Shown: positions 29,992 to 38,102 of the stretch, one piece after another | How positions within the stretch are numbered: position 1 is the first letter of the stretch | Layout of the letters: each line of letters starts with the position of its first letter | DNA from: Ferruginibacter sp. | Lineage (GTDB): Bacteria; Bacteroidota; Bacteroidia; Chitinophagales; Chitinophagaceae | Reading direction: 5' to 3' | DNA: 64,000 nucleotides | Assembly: GCA_019638635.1 (NCBI GenBank) | Contig: JAHBTM010000006.1 | Location: forward strand, 4,360-68,359 | Notes under the pieces: generated by a model | What the model was told of the DNA's origin: nothing | The model's database searches: none | The model's input: only the letters and a program-made list of their open reading frames with translations | Made by a program: the position numbers and the translations under genes

Positions 29992-32109
29992 TTGTCTTCA
30001 TCTAATCATTCCAGAAAAAATGTGGTGAAGCTCATGTTTGGGCTTACAGTGATTATTATCATTGTGCGTCTCTTCACGCTGCAACTGGTATCATCAAAAT
30101 ATAAAACACTCGCCGATGATCAGGGTACATTCCGAAAAGTGGTTTATCCGGATCGTGGTTTGATATACGACCGCAAAGGCAGGGCCATTCTGCAAAACAC
30201 CATTATTTACGACCTTATGGTGGTGCCTTCCAAAATTAAAGGCACGGATACCATGGCCTTATGTAATATCCTCGGTATAGATACGGCTGAATTCCGTAAA
30301 CGCATCATCACAGCCATCATTAAAAACCGCAGTTACCGTCCATCTGTTTTTGAACCACTGCTGAGTGATGAAAAAATGGCCAAGCTAAATGAAAACCTTT
30401 ATCGCTTTGCCCCGGGATATTATTTACAAGAGCGGCCGGTGCGTGATTATCCGTACGATGCGGGCGGAAATATTCTCGGTTATTTATCGGAGGTGGATAC
30501 GAACTTTTTGAAGAAGCATGAAAATGAAGGATATGTTTCGGGCGATTATGCCGGTAAAACCGGTCTGGAACTTTCATACGAGAAAGTACTGATGGGGCAG
30601 CGTGGTATTGAATACCTGAAGCGCGATAATAAAAACCGCATCACCGGAAAACTTGAAAACGGATTGTATGATACAGCAGCAATCTCCGGTCAGAATCTAT
30701 ATACCTCACTCGATATAGAACTACAGTCTTTCGGAGAAGAACTCATGGAAAATAAAGTGGGTGCCATTGTAGCCATTGATCCGCAAACGGGCGGAATCCT
30801 TGCCATGGTGAGCAGCCCTACCTATAAACCCCGGTTGCTCACAGGCTCTGAAAGAAAGAAGCATTATGTGGAATTGTTGCTCGACCCGCGCATACCATTT
30901 CTGAACCGTACCATCGGGGCGTATTATGCTCCGGGTTCTACTTTCAAAACATTACAGGGTTTGCTTGGGTTACACGAAAGAGTGATAGATGCTAAAACTA
31001 CGTTCAGTTGCAATGGCGCGTTTTATGGTTGCGGTAAACCCATGCGTTGCCTTGATCCGGGGGTGTGGGCACTGCAAGGTGCTATTACGCATTCGTGCAA
31101 CACGTACTTTGCACATGTGATGCAACGTGTAATCAACAATCCGAAATATGAAAACATCGACAGCAGCCTGAACGCGTGGGCGCGCTATATGAATGCATTC
31201 GGATTGGGTGTAAAACTGGGAGTAGATTTACCGTTTGAGAAAGCAGGAAGAATTCCTACCGCAGCTACGTACAACAAGATATACGGAAAAGGCCGCTGGA
31301 ATTTCTGTACGTTCCGTTCGGTAAGTATTGGTCAGGGTGAAGTAGAATCAACCCCATTACAGGTAGCCAATGAAATGGCCTACCTTGCCAACAAAGGATG
31401 GTATATTGCCCCCCATGTGGTTGATTCCATTGATGGAGGAGATAAATTTGGTTTGCTGGAACCGTATAAAATTAAACACACCGCCGTGGATATTGCCGAC
31501 AGCCTCTTTGAAGCTATACACGACGGTATGCAGGGTGTAATGGAAAGCGGAACCGGAAGACGCGCTAAAGTACCGGGAATTGTAGTTTGTGGTAAAACCG
31601 GAACCGTAGAAAACTCATACAAAGGGGTGAAACAAAAAGACCATGCCTTTTTTTCTGCCTTTGCACCCCGGCATAATCCTCGCATAGCCATTGCCGTTAT
31701 TTGTGAGAATGCCGGTTTCGGCGCCAGTTCAGCTGCACCCATCGCCAGCCTCATGATTGAAAAGTACCTGAAAGATTCCATTGAAGGGAAAGAGCGGAAA
31801 GAAAGGGCTGAGCAAATTAAGAAAATGAATCTTATGCCACCGAGGTTAGTGTCTGCCATGCGTACACACGATTCCCTGATGCATAAGCGCGATTCAGCCT
31901 ACCTCATTGCCAAGGGGTATATAAAAATTGCCAAAGATACCACAGGCATAGCCGAGGAAGATGATTCAGATGCATTGGATAATTTTAAAAAAACAGAAAA
32001 GGAAAATAAAAACAAAGAAAATCGAACGGATAGTCTTCCCACTTCCGCAATATTGCCGGGAGCCATGAGGCCACTGTCTGACACTTCAAAACCAAGAACC
32101 AACCGATGA
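29992..32109 (+). CDS. mrdA: Penicillin-binding protein 2
   Basis: PDRGLIYDR, YAPGSTFK (SxxK), HSCN (SxN), GKTGT; TTG start because an in-frame TAA lies at 29977. Confidence 0.95.
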   Translation: MSSSNHSRKNVVKLMFGLTVIIIIVRLFTLQLVSSKYKTLADDQGTFRKVVYPDRGLIYDRKGRAILQNTIIYDLMVVPSKIKGTDTMALCNILGIDTAEFRKRIITAIIKNRSYRPSVFEPLLSDEKMAKLNENLYRFAPGYYLQERPVRDYPYDAGGNILGYLSEVDTNFLKKHENEGYVSGDYAGKTGLELSYEKVLMGQRGIEYLKRDNKNRITGKLENGLYDTAAISGQNLYTSLDIELQSFGEELMENKVGAIVAIDPQTGGILAMVSSPTYKPRLLTGSERKKHYVELLLDPRIPFLNRTIGAYYAPGSTFKTLQGLLGLHERVIDAKTTFSCNGAFYGCGKPMRCLDPGVWALQGAITHSCNTYFAHVMQRVINNPKYENIDSSLNAWARYMNAFGLGVKLGVDLPFEKAGRIPTAATYNKIYGKGRWNFCTFRSVSIGQGEVESTPLQVANEMAYLANKGWYIAPHVVDSIDGGDKFGLLEPYKIKHTAVDIADSLFEAIHDGMQGVMESGTGRRAKVPGIVVCGKTGTVENSYKGVKQKDHAFFSAFAPRHNPRIAIAVICENAGFGASSAAPIASLMIEKYLKDSIEGKERKERAEQIKKMNLMPPRLVSAMRTHDSLMHKRDSAYLIAKGYIKIAKDTTGIAEEDDSDALDNFKKTEKENKNKENRTDSLPTSAILPGAMRPLSDTSKPRTNR

Positions 32110-33443
32110 GTAACCAGCCGGTGATAGCAAAAGGAGTTGACTGGCTTACAGTATGGCTGTATGCCTTGTTGGTGATTATCGGACTCATCAGTATTTTCTC
32201 TGCGGAATATAAAACCGGCGACGATTTCTTTCAACAGCTGTTGGGATTCGAAAAAAATTACAGCAAGCAGGTTATGTACTTCGGAATATGTCTGGTTATA
32301 GCGGTATTCATTCTCCTGTCTGATAGCAAGGTATTTCCCGCTACGGCCAATCTGTTGTATGTAGTAGGGGTTGTATTGATGATTGCCACATTTCTGATTG
32401 GCAAAGAAGTAAAAGGTTCCAAGAGTTGGATTCCATTGGGTTTTATGAACCTGCAACCGGTGGAAACCGCTAAAATTTTCACATCTCTAGCACTGGCCAA
32501 GTATCTTTCATTGCCCGATCTGGATTTGAAGCAACCTCGTAGTCAGGCGATAGCTGCCGGAATTGCGTTTCTACCTATTGTGTTTTCAGTTTTGCAAAAT
32601 GAAACCGGACTGGCACTCGTGTACTTTGCATTTTTATTGCCCATGTATCGGGAAGGCTTACCCTCTGTATATCTCATTTCCGGAGCATCACTGGCCGGAT
32701 TGCTTATTGTTACCCTGTTGTTACCCACGAATACCCTGATGTTAGTGCTTACGGTACTGGCTGCATTAATTATCCTGTTTATGCGAAAATCGTTTAAGCG
32801 TAACAGTAAGTCGTTGCTGATGATTGTGTTGTTCTGGGGCGCCTCTATGCTTTTTGTCGGGATGGTTGTTCCGTTTATGTTCAAAAGTGTATTTCAGAAA
32901 CATCAGGCTGATCGTATTTTTAGTTTGGTAGGAAAAGATAATCCGTTTATTAGCGCTGATACGGCAGTAATGGATACAAAAAAGCCTGTTCGAAAAAAGC
33001 CGGTAGAAAATTACAATGTAAAGCAATCGAAAATTGCCATTGGTTCCGGTGGATTAACCGGTAAAGGATTTTTAAAAGGTACCCAAACACAGGGAGATTT
33101 TGTTCCCGAACAACATACCGATTTTATATTTACAGCAGTAGGTGAGAACTTTGGATTTGTTGGCAGCACGCTGGTGGTATTATTATATGCTGCCTTGTTG
33201 TTCCGCATTATTTTTCTGGCAGAAAGGCAGCGAAGTACGTTTTCCAGGGCGTATGCCTATTGTGTGGCCGGCATTTTATTTTTTCACGTGTTGGTGAATA
33301 TTGGAATGACGATCGGACTGGCACCGGTGATTGGCATTACCCTGCCTTTGATGAGTTACGGTGGCTCATCCCTGCTTACATTTACCATCCTGATTTTTAT
33401 TTTACTGAAACTGGATTCCGATCGTCAGATGGTCATCCGATAA
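32106..33443 (+). CDS. rodA: Rod shape-determining protein RodA
   Basis: KSWI, LQPVETAK, QNETG, QSKIAIGSGG, PEQHTDFIF, LPLMSYGGSS. Confidence 0.96.
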   Translation: MSNQPVIAKGVDWLTVWLYALLVIIGLISIFSAEYKTGDDFFQQLLGFEKNYSKQVMYFGICLVIAVFILLSDSKVFPATANLLYVVGVVLMIATFLIGKEVKGSKSWIPLGFMNLQPVETAKIFTSLALAKYLSLPDLDLKQPRSQAIAAGIAFLPIVFSVLQNETGLALVYFAFLLPMYREGLPSVYLISGASLAGLLIVTLLLPTNTLMLVLTVLAALIILFMRKSFKRNSKSLLMIVLFWGASMLFVGMVVPFMFKSVFQKHQADRIFSLVGKDNPFISADTAVMDTKKPVRKKPVENYNVKQSKIAIGSGGLTGKGFLKGTQTQGDFVPEQHTDFIFTAVGENFGFVGSTLVVLLYAALLFRIIFLAERQRSTFSRAYAYCVAGILFFHVLVNIGMTIGLAPVIGITLPLMSYGGSSLLTFTILIFILLKLDSDRQMVIR

Positions 33444-33453
33444 TATTTTACGC

Positions 33454-34188
33454 ATGAAGATTATCCCACTGAGTGAAGGCTCATTTACGATTGATGGAAC
33501 CAAAGACTTCATACCGTTTAATACGGCTACCGATCAACTTCAGGAAAGACCCCGGGGAAGTTTACTCGTAGAAATTCAACCGTTCGTGGTTGTTTTGGAA
33601 GAGGACATCATTTTACTGGATACCGGTTTGGGGTTTCAGGATTCAATAGGCCAATTGCAAATTCACCACAACCTTTCCAATGCAGGTATCAAGCCCTCAG
33701 ATGTTACCAAAGTTTTACTATCCCATCTGCATAAAGACCATGCAGGGGGTGTTGGAAAAGACAATCAGCTGAATTTTCCCAACGCGCAATATTATATTCA
33801 TCAGAAAGAATTGGAGTATGCCCTAGAAAAGGGAGTGCCATCCTATGATGTAAATGATTTTAAATTATTGATCAACCATCCGCAATGTACGCTGCTTCAG
33901 GATGATGCCGGAAATATCGGACAATACATTCGATATGAAATGCCGGGCGGGCATTGCCCTTTCCATTTGGCTTTTTGGATGGAGGATGCCGGTGAAACCG
34001 TTTTATTTGGTGGAGATGTAGCACCACAACTGCAACAAATGAAACATAAGTTTATAGCTAAATATGATTATGACGGGAAAAAAAGTATGGAGCAACGTGC
34101 CCAATGGTGGCAGGAAGGCAGAGAGCAAGGGTGGACATTTTTATTCTACCACGACATAAAAATTCCCTCCTTCAAAGCCGGGATATAA
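33454..34188 (+). CDS. MBL-fold metallo-hydrolase
   Basis: LLDTGLG, SHLHKDHAGG, GGHCPFH, GGDV, FYHD. Confidence 0.92.
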   Translation: MKIIPLSEGSFTIDGTKDFIPFNTATDQLQERPRGSLLVEIQPFVVVLEEDIILLDTGLGFQDSIGQLQIHHNLSNAGIKPSDVTKVLLSHLHKDHAGGVGKDNQLNFPNAQYYIHQKELEYALEKGVPSYDVNDFKLLINHPQCTLLQDDAGNIGQYIRYEMPGGHCPFHLAFWMEDAGETVLFGGDVAPQLQQMKHKFIAKYDYDGKKSMEQRAQWWQEGREQGWTFLFYHDIKIPSFKAGI

Positions 34189-34245
34189 AAAGGAGGCCTG
34201 CCCTAGACAGAGCTGGCCGTGCTAACCTATGAAAAACACCTGATA
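34187..34245 (-). ncRNA. Candidate small RNA (~55 nt)
   Basis: On - strand: ATTG-N19-TACATTTG promoter, then single-stranded GGUGUUUUUCAUAGG, then hairpin GGCC-A-GCUCU(GUCU)AGGGC-A-GGCC followed by UCCUUUUU; no ORF on that strand. Confidence 0.55.
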
Positions 34246-34276
34246 CAAATGTATTATAAATAATATAAATTCCAAT
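34246..34276 (-). promoter_or_regulatory. -33/-7 promoter of the candidate sRNA
   Basis: TACATTTG (34253-34246) exact match; ATTG (34276-34273) 19 nt upstream. Confidence 0.6.
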
Positions 34277-34324
34277 GCCTGTGCCCTTTTTTAGTAGACA
34301 AACAGGCAGTTGGGGTGTTTCCAT

Positions 34325-34353
34325 AAAAAAACCACACTGTAAGGGTGTGGTTT
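34325..34353 (-). terminator. Intrinsic terminator of the ECF sigma operon
   Basis: ACCACAC/GTGTGGT stem with an A tract on +, 19 nt past the stop at 34372. Confidence 0.7.
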
Positions 34354-34371
34354 CCTGAAATTTCTTGGTGA

Positions 34372-34773
34372 TTAAGGCCTGCCCGGGCCGGGACGTTGCC
34401 TGGATTGTTTCAACCTTTCTACCAGTTTTTTGCGAAATTCCGCGTCTTTGCGATAAAACTCATCCGTTCTTTCTTTTCCGATGATGCCGGAGAAACGGCT
34501 TTCGTATTTCTTTTTGATGTTCAATAACTGCTGTTGTCGATCCAACTCCGGAAGGTCGCGCGGTACTTTTTTCATTTCCTCGTCGAAACTGGTATGCACC
34601 GGCCAGAATTTTTCAGCTTCGTCGGAAGTTAATTGCAAGGCTCGGGTGATATACGCTACATAAAGCGCTTCCACACGTTCACCGGGGCGGCCTGGTCCGT
34701 CACCCCCGGGGGGTTGTGACATCACTGAACTTCCGGAAATTAGTAAAACCAATGCGATGTACAATGCTTTCAT
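34372..34773 (-). CDS. Secreted helical hypothetical protein (possible ECF accessory)
   Basis: Signal peptide; RVEALYVAYITRALQLTSDEAEKFWPVH motif typical of the third gene in Bacteroidota ECF triads. Confidence 0.75.
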   Translation of the reverse strand: MKALYIALVLLISGSSVMSQPPGGDGPGRPGERVEALYVAYITRALQLTSDEAEKFWPVHTSFDEEMKKVPRDLPELDRQQQLLNIKKKYESRFSGIIGKERTDEFYRKDAEFRKKLVERLKQSRQRPGPGRP

Positions 34774-34774
34774 A

Positions 34775-35425
34775 TTACATTTCTTTTATATCAGGCAGGT
34801 TGAGCTTTTGTAAAAACTGGTCGAGTGTGTTATCATCTAACCAATAATCTTCAGGAGCCGGTAAATCCTCTTCCATTGCAGCTTCAGCCACCAGAGCGGC
34901 ATTCACATCAAATCCTGAACTTTCAAGGTAAGCAATAATTTCCTCACCGGAAATTGATTGCAGTACCTCTTCATATCGGTTCTCGCTGATTATTTGATTG
35001 GCGGAGAGGTAATTGTTTTCTACTGAATGGACGGAAGCAGACTGTATCCATTGGAACACACCCAACCCCAGCAATCCGGTACATGCGGCAGCAAGGGCAT
35101 ATCTCATCATTGAAAAACGCGGAGAGCCGATGGTGTGTACCGGTGCCATCTCCGGAGTTTCCGCCGGGTAAGCACCCATGGATGTACCAGCTTTGACTTT
35201 TTGTAAAACCGTATCGGCAAATTGATCAAAATAGCCAGCCGGCACGTCTTGTATTCCGCTACTATGGCCGGTTGTTTGTTTCATGAGCGATAATGGGAAT
35301 GTGTCAAAATACCCTTCGGGCACCTCATACAAAGGTGCGTCGGGTACAGGAAGCAGCCCCGGGGCCAGTTCACTGAGTTCCTGACGGGTATTTTTTTCAT
35401 TCTCAAACATCCGTTCTTCGACCAT
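34775..35425 (-). CDS. Probable anti-sigma factor (single TM)
   Basis: Two VPxGYF(D) repeats, one TM helix (YALAAACTGLLGLGVF), directly after the ECF sigma gene. Confidence 0.7.
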   Translation of the reverse strand: MVEERMFENEKNTRQELSELAPGLLPVPDAPLYEVPEGYFDTFPLSLMKQTTGHSSGIQDVPAGYFDQFADTVLQKVKAGTSMGAYPAETPEMAPVHTIGSPRFSMMRYALAAACTGLLGLGVFQWIQSASVHSVENNYLSANQIISENRYEEVLQSISGEEIIAYLESSGFDVNAALVAEAAMEEDLPAPEDYWLDDNTLDQFLQKLNLPDIKEM

Positions 35426-35441
35426 TTCCGGTTGTACAGGT

Positions 35442-35999
35442 TTAATGATTCAGAATATATTCTTCTACCTTTTTAACGGCGTGGTGATAGCTAGCTTTCA
35501 ACGCCCCCTCACTGGTTTCCAATATTTTACTCATGGCTTCGTAGGGCATTTCTTCATAATATCTCAGGCTGAAAACCACCCTTTGTTTTTCAGGTAATTG
35601 TTGTATGGCCAGCTGCAGTTTCCACTCCAGTTTAGAAGCATCAAAGTGTTTTTCGGCACGGATGGTATTGGAGAGGTTGGAATGTTCGTTATCCAGCGAG
35701 GCAGACTGGCTGTTTCTTTTTTTATTTTTTTCGAGGTACGACAGACTTTCGTTGGTAGCAATCCGGTATATCCAGGTAAATAGTTGGCTGTCTTCCCGGA
35801 ATCCGTCGAGGTGCTTCCACATTTTGATGAATACATTCTGCATCACATCATTGGTGTCTTCATGGTGCACCACCATACGGCGGATATGCCAGTAAATGCG
35901 TTCCTGATATTTTCTTACAATTCGGGTATAGGCTGATTCACGGGTAGCCGGGTTAGCAAACTCCAGTAACAGGGTTTTATCGTCGGGATGTACAGCCAT
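35442..35999 (-). CDS. ECF-type RNA polymerase sigma factor
   Basis: YQERIYWHIRRMV, DVMQNVFIK, TWIYRIATNE, LPEKQRVVF, GALKASYHHA. Confidence 0.95.
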   Translation of the reverse strand: MAVHPDDKTLLLEFANPATRESAYTRIVRKYQERIYWHIRRMVVHHEDTNDVMQNVFIKMWKHLDGFREDSQLFTWIYRIATNESLSYLEKNKKRNSQSASLDNEHSNLSNTIRAEKHFDASKLEWKLQLAIQQLPEKQRVVFSLRYYEEMPYEAMSKILETSEGALKASYHHAVKKVEEYILNH

Positions 36000-36002
36000 A
36001 CA

Positions 36003-36965
36003 TTACATACTCTTTTTTCGGGCGATGGCTTTTTCAGCGGCATCTACAATGTGTTGAACATCCAGGCCGTATTTCACCAATAGTTCCGAAGGTTTACCGC
36101 TTTCACCGAAGGTATCCTGTGTACCCACAAACTCCATGGGTACAGGGTGGTATCTGGCAGCAGCCTGTGCGATACTGTCGCCCAATCCTCCAATCACGTT
36201 GTGTTCCTCAGCGGTAACCGCACAACCTGTTTTTTTAAGCGATGCCACTACAGCATCATTGTCGAGCGGTTTAATGGTATGGATGTTCAACAAATCCACA
36301 CTATATCCTTTCTCCTGTAATATTTTTCCGGCTTCAACAGCGTTCCAAACCATATGCCCGCAGGCAAAAATGGATACATCCGTACCGAATTCAAACTGCT
36401 GTGCCTTCCCGATTATAAAGTCGCGTTCCTCAGTAAAAATGGGCCAAACCGGACGGCCGAAACGTAAATACACGGGCCCTTGATAATCAGCAATGGCCAT
36501 GGTAGCGGCTTTGGTCTGATTGTAATCAGCCGGAACGATAACGGTCATGCCCGGAAGCATCTTCATTAAACCAATATCTTCCAGTATCTGATGGGTAGCA
36601 CCATCTTCACCGAGTGTGAGACCGGCATGGGAGGCGCAAATTTTTACATTCTTATTGCTGTACGCTATGCTTTGACGGATTTGGTCGTACACCCTTCCGG
36701 TGGAGAAATTGGCAAACGTGGTAGTGAATGGAATTTTACCGCCAACGGTAAGGCCGGCGGCAACGCCCATCATATTAGCTTCCGCAATTCCGCACTGAAT
36801 GAATCTTTCCGGAAATTCTTTCATGAAGGTATTCAGTTTCAAGGATCCGGCTAAATCGGCAGTGAGTGCCACAATTTGGTCGTTCTTGCGGGCGGCTTCA
36901 ACTATTCCGTCACCAAAACCACTTCGGGTGTCTTTTTTACCGGTTACTTGTATATTTTTAAGCAT
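36003..36965 (-). CDS. Transketolase, C-terminal subunit
   Basis: DTRSGFG, ADLAGS, GIAEANM, GEDGATHQ, YLRFGR, IKPLD, AEEH, FGESG; likely start ATG 36965. Confidence 0.95.
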   Translation of the reverse strand: MLKNIQVTGKKDTRSGFGDGIVEAARKNDQIVALTADLAGSLKLNTFMKEFPERFIQCGIAEANMMGVAAGLTVGGKIPFTTTFANFSTGRVYDQIRQSIAYSNKNVKICASHAGLTLGEDGATHQILEDIGLMKMLPGMTVIVPADYNQTKAATMAIADYQGPVYLRFGRPVWPIFTEERDFIIGKAQQFEFGTDVSIFACGHMVWNAVEAGKILQEKGYSVDLLNIHTIKPLDNDAVVASLKKTGCAVTAEEHNVIGGLGDSIAQAAARYHPVPMEFVGTQDTFGESGKPSELLVKYGLDVQHIVDAAEKAIARKKSM

Positions 36966-37001
36966 ATTGATATTTAATTCTGGCATGCAAGTTACGGTTC
37001 A

Positions 37002-38051
37002 TTAGTTTAACATTGGGTCAACGTATCCGGGTAAATCTTTTTGCAGTTTTTGTTCCCAGTCCCATGCGGTGCGCATCATATCTTCCAGTGAATAGCGACA
37101 TTCCCAGCCCAGTACATTTTTTGCTTTTTCATTGTTGGCATAGATGGCTATCACATCTCCGGCCCTGCGTGGGCCAATTGTGTAGTTTAATTTGGACTTG
37201 CTCACTTTTTCAAACATCTGAATCACTTCCAAAACGGTGAATCCGTTTCCACTGCCCAGGTTAAATACATCACAGGATGTTTCGTTCTTACCATCCATCA
37301 GGTAATGCAGGGCCAGGGTGTGGGCGTGTGCAATATCAGACACGTGGATATAATCCCTCACACAACTGCCATCACGTGTGGGATAGTCCTGACCGAACAC
37401 CTTCATTTCCGGAAGGATACCGGCGGCTGTTTGAGTGATGGCCGGCACCAGGTTGGCAGGTTTGCCCAGGGGCATTTCACCAATGAGGGCGGATGGATGT
37501 GCACCAACCGGATTGAAGTAACGTAGCAGCACTGTTTTGAGTGGTGATGTTTTTACCAGGTGCCGGATGATTTCCTCGCCCATTTGTTTGGTGTAACCGT
37601 AGGGAGATTCAGCAGGCTTCATGGGTGTTTCTTCGGTAACCGGTACATGATCCGGGTTGCCATACACGGTACAGGAGGATGAAAACACAAAATGAGGTAC
37701 CTGAAACTCCTCAGCGCAACGTAAAATATTAATGAGTGCATTGAGGTTGTTATCGAAGTACATCAGGGGTTGTTCCACCGATTCACCCACGGCTTTATAG
37801 GCAGCAAAATGAATAATACCAGAAATGTGTGGGTTTTCCTGAAAAACGGCCTGCGTATCGGTAAAGTTGCACAGGTCTACCGGGTAGTTCTTCACCCTCT
37901 TACCCGTGATGCGTTCCACACCATGGAGGATAGAGGCATGGCTGCGGCTGTTGTTATCTATTGAAACCACATCAAAGCCATTTTCTATGAGGTCTACAAG
38001 GGTATGTACTCCAATGTATCCGCACCCCCCGGTAACCAGTATTTTTTTCAT
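37002..38051 (-). CDS. galE: UDP-glucose 4-epimerase
   Basis: VTGGCGYIG, IHFAAYKAVGES, FSSSCTVYG, YGYTK, LRYFNPVGAH, RDYIHV. Confidence 0.96.
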   Translation of the reverse strand: MKKILVTGGCGYIGVHTLVDLIENGFDVVSIDNNSRSHASILHGVERITGKRVKNYPVDLCNFTDTQAVFQENPHISGIIHFAAYKAVGESVEQPLMYFDNNLNALINILRCAEEFQVPHFVFSSSCTVYGNPDHVPVTEETPMKPAESPYGYTKQMGEEIIRHLVKTSPLKTVLLRYFNPVGAHPSALIGEMPLGKPANLVPAITQTAAGILPEMKVFGQDYPTRDGSCVRDYIHVSDIAHAHTLALHYLMDGKNETSCDVFNLGSGNGFTVLEVIQMFEKVSKSKLNYTIGPRRAGDVIAIYANNEKAKNVLGWECRYSLEDMMRTAWDWEQKLQKDLPGYVDPMLN

Positions 38052-38102
38052 GATGCAAATAAACTGAAAAATAAAAGCATCACCATGGTAAACCGAAGCT
38101 TG

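Noticed and set aside
34228-34325. Imperfect inverted repeat TATGAAAAACACC ... GGTGTTTCCATA as MITE ends
   Set aside because: Only about 11 matching bases, no target-site duplication and no second copy in the window. The + strand minigene ATG AAA AAC ACC TGA inside it was also judged incidental.
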